A DNA stretch of 64,000 nt, taken from Candidatus Avelusimicrobium excrementipullorum. GTDB lineage: Bacteria > Elusimicrobiota > Elusimicrobia > Elusimicrobiales > Elusimicrobiaceae. Positions within the stretch are counted from its first letter, which is position 1, and each line of letters starts with the position of its first letter. The stretch is from contig CALVGF010000003.1 in NCBI GenBank assembly GCA_944327025.1, positions 36,667 through 100,666 on the forward strand, in the 5' to 3' direction. Made by a program: the position numbers and the translations under genes. Below are positions 8,193 through 17,731 of this stretch, one piece after another. A model generated the notes under the pieces. It had not been told where the DNA came from and ran no database searches. It was given only the letters and a program-made list of their open reading frames with translations.

Positions 8193-8816
8193 ATGGGGAA
8201 AAGATATATATTGGCAGTACTGCTTTTGGCGGGGATGTGTTCCGGCGCGGCGGCGGCCTTGCCGGAAATAGCGTTATTGCCGCCGGATAAAACGCGGGGT
8301 ACGGCGGTGATGCAGGCCCTGTCCGAGCGTAAATCCACCCGTGTTTTTGCGCCGGAAAAGCTGACGAGGAGGGATTTGTCTGATCTTTTATGGGCCGCCA
8401 ACGGCGTGAACCGGCCCGACGGCAAACGCACCGCTCCGTCCGCCTTAAACCGCCAGGATATAGACGTTTATGCCGCGTTTGAAGAAGGCGTATACCGCTA
8501 TGACGCGCCGTCCCACAGCCTGGTGCCGGTGGCGGAAGGGGACGTGCGCCCCGTCAAAGCGCCGGTTGTGCTTTTGTTGGTGGCCAAAGAAGATACGGAC
8601 TATGCTCCCATAGACGCGGGCATTGTGTCGCAAAATATTTACCTGTTTTGTTCCGGCGTGGGGTTGGCTACGGTAACGCGCGGCTCCATGGACGCGGACA
8701 AGCTGGCCAAAGCGCTGAAGCTGACGGGAAAACAAAAAGTCATTTTAAACCAGCCGGTCGGCTATTTCCAAAAAACAAGCAAGGAAAAACAGGCGGAGAA
8801 AAAAGGCGAAAAATAA
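8193..8816 (+). CDS. Nitroreductase-family protein with N-terminal signal peptide
   Basis: SD CAGGAGGGAGAA and signal-like N-terminus MGKRYILAVLLLAGMCSGAAAA. Nitroreductase-type motifs (RKSTRVF, LSDLLWAANGVNR, IDAGIVSQNIYL). K/E-rich C-terminal tail. Confidence 0.7.
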   Translation: MGKRYILAVLLLAGMCSGAAAALPEIALLPPDKTRGTAVMQALSERKSTRVFAPEKLTRRDLSDLLWAANGVNRPDGKRTAPSALNRQDIDVYAAFEEGVYRYDAPSHSLVPVAEGDVRPVKAPVVLLLVAKEDTDYAPIDAGIVSQNIYLFCSGVGLATVTRGSMDADKLAKALKLTGKQKVILNQPVGYFQKTSKEKQAEKKGEK

Positions 8817-8830
8817 TCAACCATTAACAA

Positions 8831-8854
8831 ACCCCGCTTTCCGGCGGGGTTTTT
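8831..8854 (+). terminator. Intrinsic terminator
   Basis: ACCCCGC-TTTCCG-GCGGGGT followed by TTTT. Confidence 0.75.
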
Positions 8855-8976
8855 GATAGGTGTTAATTGGGTTGGGCGGGCGTTTGTTCCGCAGGTTCCT
8901 GGCCGTTTTTCGGTGCGGCCGGCTCCTGCGGCGCTGTGACCTGCGCCTGAGTGTCCGTTTCGGTGAGAGGCGGCTC

Positions 8977-9597
8977 CTATACGGGGGCGTCCTCTTGCGG
9001 CGTGTATTTTAAATCCAGCGAGGCAAACACCGCTCCGCGGTTGTCATTTAACCAACGGCGGTGCGCTTTGTATTCGGGGCAGTACTGCGCCACCAGCTGC
9101 CAATATTCCGCACCGTGGTTCATATGCACCAGGTGCGAAAGTTCATGCACGATCAAATAGTCGCGTATGGCGGTGGGCATTTTAATGATGTGATAGGTAT
9201 AATTAATGTTTTTCTTGGCCGAGCAGCTGGCCCAGAGCGACTGCTGGTTCTTGACGGTGATATTGTTGTACTGTACGCCCATTTTTTGCGCCCACTGCGC
9301 GGTTTGCTCGCGCAGAACTTCGCCCGCTTTTTCGCGCAGCCACCGTTCCGCCAGCGCGTTGGGGTCGGCCTGCGGCGTCTGAATATACACGTCAAAAGCC
9401 TGGCCGTTAAATTCCACGCCTTCTTCCTGGTCCGGCGTCAGGTGCACCCGCGCGGGATACAAAGCCCCTTCATAGAGGATTTTGCCCGCTTCGGTTTCGG
9501 CGTTTTCTTCCGCCCCGCCGAACACTTCCGGCATTTCTTTTTTGAGGCGTTCAATAAAAAGTTTTACGTCGCTGATGACGCTTTGCGTGTCGCTCAT
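8977..9597 (-). CDS. DUF45 / YgjP-like (M48-related) zinc metallopeptidase
   Basis: HEXXH in the context IVHELSHLVHMNHGAEYW, typical of the YgjP/DUF45 family. 206 aa. Confidence 0.75.
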   Translation of the reverse strand: MSDTQSVISDVKLFIERLKKEMPEVFGGAEENAETEAGKILYEGALYPARVHLTPDQEEGVEFNGQAFDVYIQTPQADPNALAERWLREKAGEVLREQTAQWAQKMGVQYNNITVKNQQSLWASCSAKKNINYTYHIIKMPTAIRDYLIVHELSHLVHMNHGAEYWQLVAQYCPEYKAHRRWLNDNRGAVFASLDLKYTPQEDAPV

Positions 9598-9603
9598 AAT
9601 TTT

Positions 9604-9612
9604 ATTATATCA
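9604..9612 (-). promoter_or_regulatory. Extended -10 (TGaTATAAT) ending 6 nt before the ATG at 9597, giving a predicted leaderless transcript
   Basis: The minus strand reads TTGATATAAT-AAAATT-ATG, with no SD. Confidence 0.45.
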
Positions 9613-9692
9613 ATTTGGTTTTGCTTCCCGCGCCGGCTTTTGTGGAAAAACGCGGAATATTTTATACAATAGCCTATATAACGGAGGGAACC

Positions 9693-10772
9693 GTGAGCCA
9701 GGAAAATTTGAAAAAGACCCCGCTTTGCGCCGCCTGCGAGGCCGCCGGCGGGAAAATGGTGGATTTCCACGGGTGGCTGCTGCCCGTGCAGTTTGAAAGC
9801 ATTATCGCCGAGCATAAAGCCGTGCGCGAAGGCGCGGGCATGTTTGACGTGTCCCATATGGGGCAGGTGTTTGTGGAAGGGCCGGACGCGTGGAAATTTT
9901 TGCAGTACGTCAATACCAATAACATCAAAAACACCCCGGGCACGGGGACCTATTCCCACATTACGGATGAACAGGGGCATATTATTGACGATGCGATTTC
10001 CTTTTGTTTGACGCCCGAAAAATTTTTGGTCGTGGTAAACGCCGCCTGCATTGATACGGACATGGCCTGGTTTAATAAACACGCGGCCGCATTTAACGTA
10101 AAAATCACCGATGACAGCGCCCGCTGGGGTATGATTGCCCTGCAGGGGCCTCAGGCGCTGGATCACGCGGCCAAACTGATTGACGGCGTGAAGGACATGG
10201 CCCGCTTTACGATTAAAGAAATCACGCTTTTCGGCGCACGCGGCTATGTGACGCGCACGGGATACACCGGCGAGGACGGGGTGGAAATTATGGCCTCGCC
10301 CGAAGCCATTGTCAAGGTGTGGGACGCTTTGCTCGCGTCCGGCGTCAAACCCTGCGGGCTGGGCGCGCGCGACGTGCTGCGCCTGGAAGCGGGATATCTG
10401 TTAAACGGTACGGACGCCGACGGCCGCCAAACCCCGTATGAGGCGGGCTGCGGCTGGGTGGTCAAACTGGCCAAAGAAGATTTTATCGGCAAAGCCGCGC
10501 TGGAAGCGCAGAAGGCCGCCGGACTCAAACGCCGCCTGACGGGCTTTGTGCTTACGGGGGCGGGCGTGCCGCGCTCCGGCTGCAAAGTGTTTAAAAACGG
10601 CGCGGAAGCGGGCGTGCTGACCAGCGGCACCTATTCGCCGCTGTTTAAAGGCATTGCCGTCGGTTACGCCGATACGGATTTACAGGAAGGGGAAGAAGTG
10701 GAAATAGAAGTGCACGGGCGGAGAATTCCGGCCAAAAAAGTCAAAACACCGTTTTACAAAAACCGGGTATAA
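9693..10772 (+). CDS. gcvT: Glycine cleavage system T protein (aminomethyltransferase)
   Basis: GTG start 9693 with a GGAGGGAA SD. Motifs GMFDVSHMG and GYTGEDGVE. First gene of the gcvT-H-PA-PB order. Confidence 0.9.
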   Translation: MSQENLKKTPLCAACEAAGGKMVDFHGWLLPVQFESIIAEHKAVREGAGMFDVSHMGQVFVEGPDAWKFLQYVNTNNIKNTPGTGTYSHITDEQGHIIDDAISFCLTPEKFLVVVNAACIDTDMAWFNKHAAAFNVKITDDSARWGMIALQGPQALDHAAKLIDGVKDMARFTIKEITLFGARGYVTRTGYTGEDGVEIMASPEAIVKVWDALLASGVKPCGLGARDVLRLEAGYLLNGTDADGRQTPYEAGCGWVVKLAKEDFIGKAALEAQKAAGLKRRLTGFVLTGAGVPRSGCKVFKNGAEAGVLTSGTYSPLFKGIAVGYADTDLQEGEEVEIEVHGRRIPAKKVKTPFYKNRV

Positions 10773-10785
10773 AAAGGAGAAAATT

Positions 10786-11163
10786 ATGCACAGCGCAGAA
10801 AACAGCAAATACGCCAAAACCCATGAATGGGCTCATATGGAAGGCGACACGGCCACCGTGGGCATCAGCGACCACGCCCAGCAGGAAATCGGCGATATCG
10901 TTTTTATTGATTTGCCCAAAGTGGGCCAGCAGGTGACGGCGGGGCAGAACTGCTGCGTCATTGAGTCGGTCAAATCCGCCAGCGAAATTTACGCTCCCGT
11001 CAGCGGCGAAGTGGTGGAAATCAACGAAGCCCTGAAAACCGAGCCCGGCCTGGTCAACCAGGAGCCGCACGGCAAAGGATGGCTGTTTAAAATCAAATCC
11101 ACCGCGCCGGCCGAATATGAAAGCCTGATGGATTTGTCCGCCTACAAAGAAAGCATCAAATAA
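10786..11163 (+). CDS. gcvH: Glycine cleavage system H protein (lipoyl carrier)
   Basis: 125 aa with the lipoyl-lysine motif ESVKSASE. AAGGAGAAAATT SD. Confidence 0.95.
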   Translation: MHSAENSKYAKTHEWAHMEGDTATVGISDHAQQEIGDIVFIDLPKVGQQVTAGQNCCVIESVKSASEIYAPVSGEVVEINEALKTEPGLVNQEPHGKGWLFKIKSTAPAEYESLMDLSAYKESIK

Positions 11164-11173
11164 TTTTGTGTAT

Positions 11174-11200
11174 CCCCCGCCTGCGCGGCGGGGGATTTTT
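11174..11200 (+). terminator. Terminator-like hairpin inside the gcv operon, between gcvH and gcvPA
   Basis: CCCCCGCC-TGCGC-GGCGGGGG followed by ATTTTT. The gcvPA SD (AGAGGA) and ATG 11213 follow immediately. Confidence 0.55.
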
Positions 11201-11212
11201 AAAGAGGATTTT

Positions 11213-12535
11213 ATGTTTATTTCCAATACCCCCGAAGACAAAAAACAGATGTTGGAAAAAATCGGCGTTTCGTCGCTGTCCGATTTGTTTAAAGATATCC
11301 CGCAGGATTTGTTATACCCCGCTCTGAACCTGCCGCCCGCGCTGACCGAAGGCGCGCTGACGGCCCATATGCATGCGCTGGCCGCCAAGAACAAACCCCT
11401 GTTAAATTTTGCCGGCGCGGGCTGTGAGGAACATTTTATCCCCGCCGTCGTAAACGCTTTAAGTTCCCGCGGGGAGTTTTTAACCGCCTATACCCCGTAT
11501 CAGGCCGAAGCCAGCCAGGGCACCCTGCAAACCATTTATGAATTTCAAAGCTGCATTTGCGAACTTTTTGACATGGACGTATGCAGTGCGTCGCATTATG
11601 ACGGCGCCACCGCCCTGGCCGAAGCCTGCGCCGCGGCGCAGCGCGTGAACAACAAAAGCAAAATTTTGTATTCGGCAGGGCTTCACCCGCATTATAAAGA
11701 AGTGCTGAAAACCTATTTAAAACACACGCCCGGGCTGAAGCTGGAAGAAGTGCCGCTGAAAAACGGTACGCTGGACCTGGATGCGTTAAAAGAAAAACTC
11801 ACGCCGGATACGGCCTGTTTTGCCGTGGCGGGGCCGAATTTCTTCGGTCAGCTGGAGCCGCTGGAAGATATTGCGGCGTTGACGCACGGCGCGGGCGCGC
11901 TTTTGGTGTCCGTGGCCAAGCCGCTGGCCCTGGCGCTGGTACATATGCCGGGGCAGTACGGGGCCGATTTTTCCGTGGCCGAAGGACAGGTATTGGGCAA
12001 CGCCATGAATTTCGGCGGGCCCGGGCTGGGTATTTTTACCTGTAAAAAAGAATATGTCCGCCAGGTGCCCGGGCGCATTGTGGGCATTGCCAAAGACAAA
12101 GACGGCAAACGCTCTTTCGTGCTGACCCTGCAGGCGCGCGAGCAGCATATCCGTCGCGAGCGGGCCGCGTCCAACATTTGCTCCAACCAGGCCCTGTGCG
12201 CCTTAAACGCCGTCATTTACCTGACGCTTCTGGGATACGCGGGCCTGCGCGAAGTGGCGGAACTGAATTTGGAAAAAGCCCACCGCCTAAAAGACATGTT
12301 GCTCTCTGACGGGCATAAGCTGAAATTTGACGGGCCGTTTTTCAATGAATTTGTGCTGGAGCTGAACGTGCCGGCCAAACAGGTAATTAAAAAGCTGGCC
12401 AAAAAAGGCATAGCCGCCGGCTTTGATTTGGGCCTTGTCAGCAAAGAGCTGAAAAACTGCCTGCTGGTCTGTGCCACGGAAACCAAAACCGAAGCCGACC
12501 TGCAAAAATATGTGGACGCCATGAGGGGGTTTTAA
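11213..12535 (+). CDS. gcvPA: Glycine dehydrogenase (decarboxylating) subunit 1
   Basis: About 440 aa. Typical N-terminus (MFISNTPEDKKQMLEKIG) and conserved YTPYQAEASQGTLQ. Confidence 0.95.
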   Translation: MFISNTPEDKKQMLEKIGVSSLSDLFKDIPQDLLYPALNLPPALTEGALTAHMHALAAKNKPLLNFAGAGCEEHFIPAVVNALSSRGEFLTAYTPYQAEASQGTLQTIYEFQSCICELFDMDVCSASHYDGATALAEACAAAQRVNNKSKILYSAGLHPHYKEVLKTYLKHTPGLKLEEVPLKNGTLDLDALKEKLTPDTACFAVAGPNFFGQLEPLEDIAALTHGAGALLVSVAKPLALALVHMPGQYGADFSVAEGQVLGNAMNFGGPGLGIFTCKKEYVRQVPGRIVGIAKDKDGKRSFVLTLQAREQHIRRERAASNICSNQALCALNAVIYLTLLGYAGLREVAELNLEKAHRLKDMLLSDGHKLKFDGPFFNEFVLELNVPAKQVIKKLAKKGIAAGFDLGLVSKELKNCLLVCATETKTEADLQKYVDAMRGF

Positions 12536-12536
12536 T

Positions 12537-13985
12537 ATGCCGGAAATTTCCAAACAGAATGCTTTAAGCATAGAGAAATCCGTCCCGGGCCGCCGCGGCG
12601 TACGCTTTGAAAAACCGCTTTTTACGCCGGACAAATATGTGCCCGCCAAATACCTGCGCACGCATACCCCGCGCCTGCCGCAAATGAGCGAGCTGGACAC
12701 GGTGCGGCACTTTACCAACCTGTCCCGGCAGAACTATTGTTTGGACAGCCATTTTTATCCGCTGGGTTCCTGCACGATGAAATACAACCCGAAGGCCTAT
12801 GACGTGTTAAGCGTGCTGGAGCCGCTGGCCAACGCCCACCCTTTTGCGCCGGAAGAAGCGGTGCAGGGCACGCTGGAGATTTTGTATAACCTGCAGGAAA
12901 TGCTCAAAGAAATTACGGGCCTGGCCGCGTTTACGCTGCAGCCTGCCGCGGGTGCGCAGGGCGAGCTGACGGGCATTTTGGCCGCGCGTGCGTATTTTGA
13001 CGCGCAAAAGGACAAAAAACGCACGGAAGTCATTGTGCCGGACACCGCACACGGCACCAATCCGGCCACGTCGCATATGGCGGGTTACACGGTCATAAAC
13101 ATTAAATCCGGCCCGGACGGCTGCGTGGATAAAGAAGCGCTGAAAAACGCTTTGTCGGAGCGGACGGCGGTGGTCATGCTGACCGTGCCCAACACGGTAG
13201 GGCTGTTTGAAAAAGACATACGGCAAATTGCGGATATGGTGCACGGCGCAGGCGCGCTTTTATACATGGACGGGGCCAACTTCAACGCGCTGATCGGCGC
13301 GGCGAAACCCGCGTCTTTCGGCATTGATTTAATGCATTTAAACCTGCATAAAACCTTTGCCGCGCCGCACGGCGGCGGCGGGCCCGGTTCCGGCCCCGTG
13401 GGCGCCAATGACAAGCTGGCCCCGTTCCTGCCGCGTCCCGCGGTGGAAAAGAAAAACGGCAAATTTACCTTAAACGCCCGCCCGCCCAAAAGCCTGGGCC
13501 GCATGAAAGCGTTTTACGGCAATATCGCCGTGTGCATACGGGCCTATTGTTTCCTGCGCCAGTATGACGGACAGACGCTTAAAGAGGTGGCGGAAAACGC
13601 CGTCTTAAACGCCAATTATGTGCGGGTGTGCCTGAAGGACGAATTCCCCGCGTATTTTGACGCGCCGTGCATGCACGAATGCGTGCTGACGCTGGACAAA
13701 GACAAAATGAACGGCGTGCGCACGGCCGACATTGCCAAACGCCTGCTGGATTACGGCTTTTACGCGCCGACCATTTATTTCCCGCTGATCGTGCCGGAAG
13801 CCATGATGATTGAGCCGACGGAAACGGAAAATAAACAGACGCTGGACGCGTTTATAGAGGCCCTGCGGCGCATTTTTGAAGAAGCGCAAAAAGAGCCGCA
13901 GACGGTGCATGAGGCGCCGCTGACCCAGCCGGTCAAACGCATAGACGAGGTCAGCGCGGCGCGAGAGCCAAACCTGCGCTGGTAG
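12537..13985 (+). CDS. gcvPB: Glycine dehydrogenase (decarboxylating) subunit 2 (PLP subunit)
   Basis: 482 aa with the PLP-lysine context NLHKTF. Immediately follows gcvPA. Confidence 0.95.
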   Translation: MPEISKQNALSIEKSVPGRRGVRFEKPLFTPDKYVPAKYLRTHTPRLPQMSELDTVRHFTNLSRQNYCLDSHFYPLGSCTMKYNPKAYDVLSVLEPLANAHPFAPEEAVQGTLEILYNLQEMLKEITGLAAFTLQPAAGAQGELTGILAARAYFDAQKDKKRTEVIVPDTAHGTNPATSHMAGYTVINIKSGPDGCVDKEALKNALSERTAVVMLTVPNTVGLFEKDIRQIADMVHGAGALLYMDGANFNALIGAAKPASFGIDLMHLNLHKTFAAPHGGGGPGSGPVGANDKLAPFLPRPAVEKKNGKFTLNARPPKSLGRMKAFYGNIAVCIRAYCFLRQYDGQTLKEVAENAVLNANYVRVCLKDEFPAYFDAPCMHECVLTLDKDKMNGVRTADIAKRLLDYGFYAPTIYFPLIVPEAMMIEPTETENKQTLDAFIEALRRIFEEAQKEPQTVHEAPLTQPVKRIDEVSAAREPNLRW

Positions 13986-13993
13986 TTTTATAC

Positions 13994-14020
13994 GGCGCGG
14001 GCGGTCCCCGCGCCTTTTTT
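13994..14020 (+). terminator. Intrinsic-terminator-like hairpin ending exactly at the next start codon
   Basis: GGCGCGGG-CGGTC-CCCGCGCC followed by TTTTTT, then ATG at 14021. Confidence 0.6.
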
Positions 14021-14710
14021 ATGGCACAACATATTTTAACCCCCGCTTTAAACGTGTTTGAGCATATGGCGCTGGACGAGGTGCTGGCACAGACCGTACC
14101 GGCCGCGCCCGTGCTGCGTTTTTATCATTGGACGGCGGGGCCCGCGGTGACGTTTGGCTACGGGCAGTTTTATGACAGCGTGCGCGCGCAAACGCCGCCG
14201 CAGGCCGGCCCTTTGTGCCGCCGGCCCACGGGCGGGGGCATGGTGCTGCACGGGGAAGACTTGACCTTCAGCCTGGTGTTTCAAACAGGGCACAAGCCCA
14301 AAGAAATTTATGCGGCTTTGCACGGCGCCATAGAGCGGGCCCTGCTGGAGCAGGCCCATCTGGCCAGTCTGCGCCAGGGGGCGGTGCCCGCATCGGCCTA
14401 TGCCCCGCAGCAAAACGGCGCGGCCGGCGGTTGCTTTGTAAATCCCGTACAAGACGACTTGCTGGTAAACGGACAAAAAATTTTAGGCGGAGCCATACGC
14501 CGCTTCGGCTCCGCGGTGCTGTATCAGGGGTCTTTGCAATGCGCGGGTGCGCGGACAAACCCCGTTTTTCGGCGCGCCGTCGGCGCAGGCGCGGCGGCTT
14601 GGCTGGGCGTTGCGTTTGAAGCACGTCCTGCGGCGCAGGAAGTTTTATCCGCCGCGCGCGCATTGGCCGTTTCGCAATACCAAACGGCGGCCTGGAACGA
14701 AAAATTTTAA
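14021..14710 (+). CDS. Lipoate-protein ligase / octanoyltransferase family protein (BPL/LPL catalytic domain only)
   Basis: Motif RRPTGGGMVLHGEDLTFS (the RRxTGGG family signature). Sits next to the gcv genes. No SD; the start is uncertain (the next Met is at codon 16). Confidence 0.7.
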   Translation: MAQHILTPALNVFEHMALDEVLAQTVPAAPVLRFYHWTAGPAVTFGYGQFYDSVRAQTPPQAGPLCRRPTGGGMVLHGEDLTFSLVFQTGHKPKEIYAALHGAIERALLEQAHLASLRQGAVPASAYAPQQNGAAGGCFVNPVQDDLLVNGQKILGGAIRRFGSAVLYQGSLQCAGARTNPVFRRAVGAGAAAWLGVAFEARPAAQEVLSAARALAVSQYQTAAWNEKF

Positions 14711-14716
14711 CATGCG

Positions 14717-15406
14717 ATGAAGAATTTTTTAAAACTTCTGCTGGCGTTTGCCCTGCTGCCCACCGCGTTTTTTTGCGCGGCGGAAGTGTTGGGCGCGTTT
14801 TGGGAGGTGGTTAAAGATTTCCGCACGGCCGTGGAACTGCTGGCGGGCGCGGCCCTGTACTGTGCCGTCCACTTCTGCGGATATCATTTTGACCGCATGT
14901 ATGTGTGGGGGCATGAAACCACGCATGCCGCGCTGGCTATGCTGTTTGGCTTTCGCGTGCATTCCATGCAGGTAAACAAAGACAGCGGCTATGTGAAAAT
15001 GGACCGCACCAACGCCGCCGTGGTGCTGGCGCCGTATATTGTGCCGCTTTATGCGGTGCTGACGGGGCTGGTGTATGCGGGGGCGTCTTTGTTTGTACAG
15101 GTGGCCCCGTACCGGCCGGCTTTTGTATTTTTGGTCGGGTTTTTTATGGCCTTTCATTTTGTGCAAACCGTCAAAACCCTGTGGGAAACCCAGCAGCCGG
15201 ATTTAAAACTGGCCGGCGGGCGGGTATTTTCCGTGGTGATTATTATTTTGGGCAATGCCGCCGTGCTGGCCCTGGTGCTTAAATGCCTGTTTCCGGATAA
15301 AGTGCTTTTGGGGCAAATGATAAGCGGGGCCGCAGTTTCCACCTATAACACGTGGAAAATTGTGATAAACTATATAGTAGAGCAATTTATATCTTCGCGC
15401 GCGTAG
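14717..15406 (+). CDS. Polytopic membrane protein with an HExxH motif (M50B-like putative metallopeptidase)
   Basis: WGHETTHAALAMLFGFRVHSMQVNKDSGYV resembles the Peptidase_M50B-like pattern HExxH...G..v....l..dgsG. Several TM segments. Confidence 0.5.
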   Translation: MKNFLKLLLAFALLPTAFFCAAEVLGAFWEVVKDFRTAVELLAGAALYCAVHFCGYHFDRMYVWGHETTHAALAMLFGFRVHSMQVNKDSGYVKMDRTNAAVVLAPYIVPLYAVLTGLVYAGASLFVQVAPYRPAFVFLVGFFMAFHFVQTVKTLWETQQPDLKLAGGRVFSVVIIILGNAAVLALVLKCLFPDKVLLGQMISGAAVSTYNTWKIVINYIVEQFISSRA

Positions 15407-15412
15407 GCGTAC

Positions 15413-17731
15413 ATGAGCAAGAAAAACAAAAAACAGGCCAAACAAGAGACCCCGCCCAGGAAGCGTTCCCGCACGGCGCGTTTTGCGCTGGGGACGTTCT
15501 CTCTGTTTTTCCGTACGGTGCTGTTTACGGTAATGCTTGTGTTGCTGCTCGGCGCGGGGCTGTGGGTGGCTGCGCAGAAAATGTTTAATGCCCAGCAAAT
15601 CAGCGAAACGCTGACCCAGCGCCTGCAGCTTCTGTTTGACCGCCCCGTAGTCATTTCCTCACTGGAACTGAAATTTTTAAATACCGTGGAACTCAAGGGC
15701 TTTGCCGTTTTGGACGATAAACTGCGCCCGGGGGAGCCGGTTCTGTCTGCCGAGTCGGTGCTGATCCGCTATCAGGTGCTGCCCCTTTTGGAGAAAAAGC
15801 TGATCATTGACGAAGTGACGCTTAACCGCCCGCGCATCAATATTGTGCGCGGAGAAGAAGGCATTTATAATACCCCGCCCGTCAATACGGCCGCGGCAGG
15901 CGGCGGATACGTCAGCGGCGCCGGCGGAGAGCCTGTGCAGGTCAGCATAGAGGACTGGCGCGTGCGCGACGGCGTGTTGAGTTACCGCGACCTGACCAGC
16001 GGCGTCAGCCATGCGGTATACGGCTTAAACCTGCATTTTCAGCGGCTGCGTTTTAACGAGCTCTCCCGCTTCCGGCTGGAAACCGTATTGCGCAACCGCT
16101 GGGGTGATAATATTTCCGATTTGGAAATACACGGCACGGGGCAGGTGAACTTTGCCAATTTTGACTGGAAGAAATTTGCTTTGCGCAATTTTCAGACACA
16201 GGTGGCGCTGTTCAGAAAGCCTGTCAGCCTGACGGTGGATTTGGACAATTTGGTAACGCCCTTTTTCAATGTGCGCGCCGAAGCGCCGGCTTTTGACCAG
16301 CAGGATTTGTCCGTATTTAAAAAAGATTTGCCTTCGTTTAACGTGCCCGCCTCCCGCATCGCCGCCAAAGGCATGCTGGGAGCCGGATACACGCATTTGA
16401 CGCTGGACGAACTCAGCGCGCAGACGGACAATTTAAATGCGTCCGTGTCCGGCGAACTGGATTTTGGCAAAAAACCGTTTGAGGCGGATTTGCAGTTTCA
16501 AACGGGGTGGAATGATTTGGCGGTGCTGTCCAAACGCTGGCCCGCGCTGGCCCGCTTTAAGCTGACGGGACAGGGCAAGGCCTCCGCGTCCGTAAAGCGC
16601 GCAGGCGGCAAATATACGCTGCCGCAAGTAGATTTGCAGGCCAAAGCCGCGGCGGGACAGTTCTGGGGATTTGAAGCGGCGGGCGTCAGCGGCAGTTTCA
16701 CGGCCAAAAACAATTTTACCGATTTGTACGCCCGCACCACGGACGGAAAAGTAACGGTGGCGGACAGCGTGTTTGGCAAGCTCAATCTTTCGGGCTCGTA
16801 CCGCAAAGGCAATGTGTATGCGTATATCGCCTCGGCGGAATTGGACGGCGTGCCCATGAAACTGCGCCTGTCTATAAATAACATTAAAAGCAGCAAGCGC
16901 AAGATAGACACCTCGCTGTATTTGAAGCATTTTGAACCGATGAAATTTATCGGCACCGTGCAGGATTTTGTGGATGTGATTGGGGCTATTTCCAAAAAGA
17001 AATCTTCTTCCAATCTCCAAACCGGCGAACTGGCCTGGATGCGCAACTTCCGCGACCGCCTGCCCAAGTTTATGCCCAACTTTTCGGGCACGCTGTATGC
17101 CGATACTTTTTCCAGTACGGTGCTGTCCGGCAACCGTTTTAACGCCGAATTTGCCTTTACGGGTATGCTGCCGGGCGCGGCCGATTTAAACGGCACGCTG
17201 GACATGAAGCTGGAGGAAGGCGTAATACACCAGATGGAAAAACTGGCTGAAGAACAGCAGGCTTTAAACGTGACTTTTACGCCGTTTATTATGATGCACC
17301 GCATGGAACGCAGCGGAAGTTTCAAAGTGGGCGAAGTGCTCAAAGACGTGGCGTTTAACGAAATGGCCGCGTCCGTGGATTTCAAAAACGGCACGATGAT
17401 TGTGAACAATGCTTTTACGCAGGGGCCCGTTATTTCGGCCGCCGTGTCGGGCTGGGTGGACTGGGTGCGGGAGACTTTTGAGCTGGTCATTTGGACGATG
17501 TTTACCCCCGCTTCCAGCAAGGGCGGCATTTTGGCCGAAAATTTGACCGACGAATCCGGCAACCCCGCCTTGGCGTTTAAAGTATCTTCTTCCATGCTTA
17601 AACCCCGCGTGGAAATGCTGCGCGCCAAAAAAACCAATGAACAGATAGAGTCCGCGCGTAAGCGCGGGCTGCGCACCGATTTTAATAAAAGCCGCGAATT
17701 TTTGAAAGGAGAATTCCATGCCAAGAAATAA
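15413..17731 (+). CDS. AsmA-family outer-membrane biogenesis protein
   Basis: 772 aa with a basic N-terminus and a single TM anchor, followed by a long beta-rich periplasmic region and an AsmA-like C-terminal segment. Assigned by overall architecture. Confidence 0.65.
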   Translation: MSKKNKKQAKQETPPRKRSRTARFALGTFSLFFRTVLFTVMLVLLLGAGLWVAAQKMFNAQQISETLTQRLQLLFDRPVVISSLELKFLNTVELKGFAVLDDKLRPGEPVLSAESVLIRYQVLPLLEKKLIIDEVTLNRPRINIVRGEEGIYNTPPVNTAAAGGGYVSGAGGEPVQVSIEDWRVRDGVLSYRDLTSGVSHAVYGLNLHFQRLRFNELSRFRLETVLRNRWGDNISDLEIHGTGQVNFANFDWKKFALRNFQTQVALFRKPVSLTVDLDNLVTPFFNVRAEAPAFDQQDLSVFKKDLPSFNVPASRIAAKGMLGAGYTHLTLDELSAQTDNLNASVSGELDFGKKPFEADLQFQTGWNDLAVLSKRWPALARFKLTGQGKASASVKRAGGKYTLPQVDLQAKAAAGQFWGFEAAGVSGSFTAKNNFTDLYARTTDGKVTVADSVFGKLNLSGSYRKGNVYAYIASAELDGVPMKLRLSINNIKSSKRKIDTSLYLKHFEPMKFIGTVQDFVDVIGAISKKKSSSNLQTGELAWMRNFRDRLPKFMPNFSGTLYADTFSSTVLSGNRFNAEFAFTGMLPGAADLNGTLDMKLEEGVIHQMEKLAEEQQALNVTFTPFIMMHRMERSGSFKVGEVLKDVAFNEMAASVDFKNGTMIVNNAFTQGPVISAAVSGWVDWVRETFELVIWTMFTPASSKGGILAENLTDESGNPALAFKVSSSMLKPRVEMLRAKKTNEQIESARKRGLRTDFNKSREFLKGEFHAKK

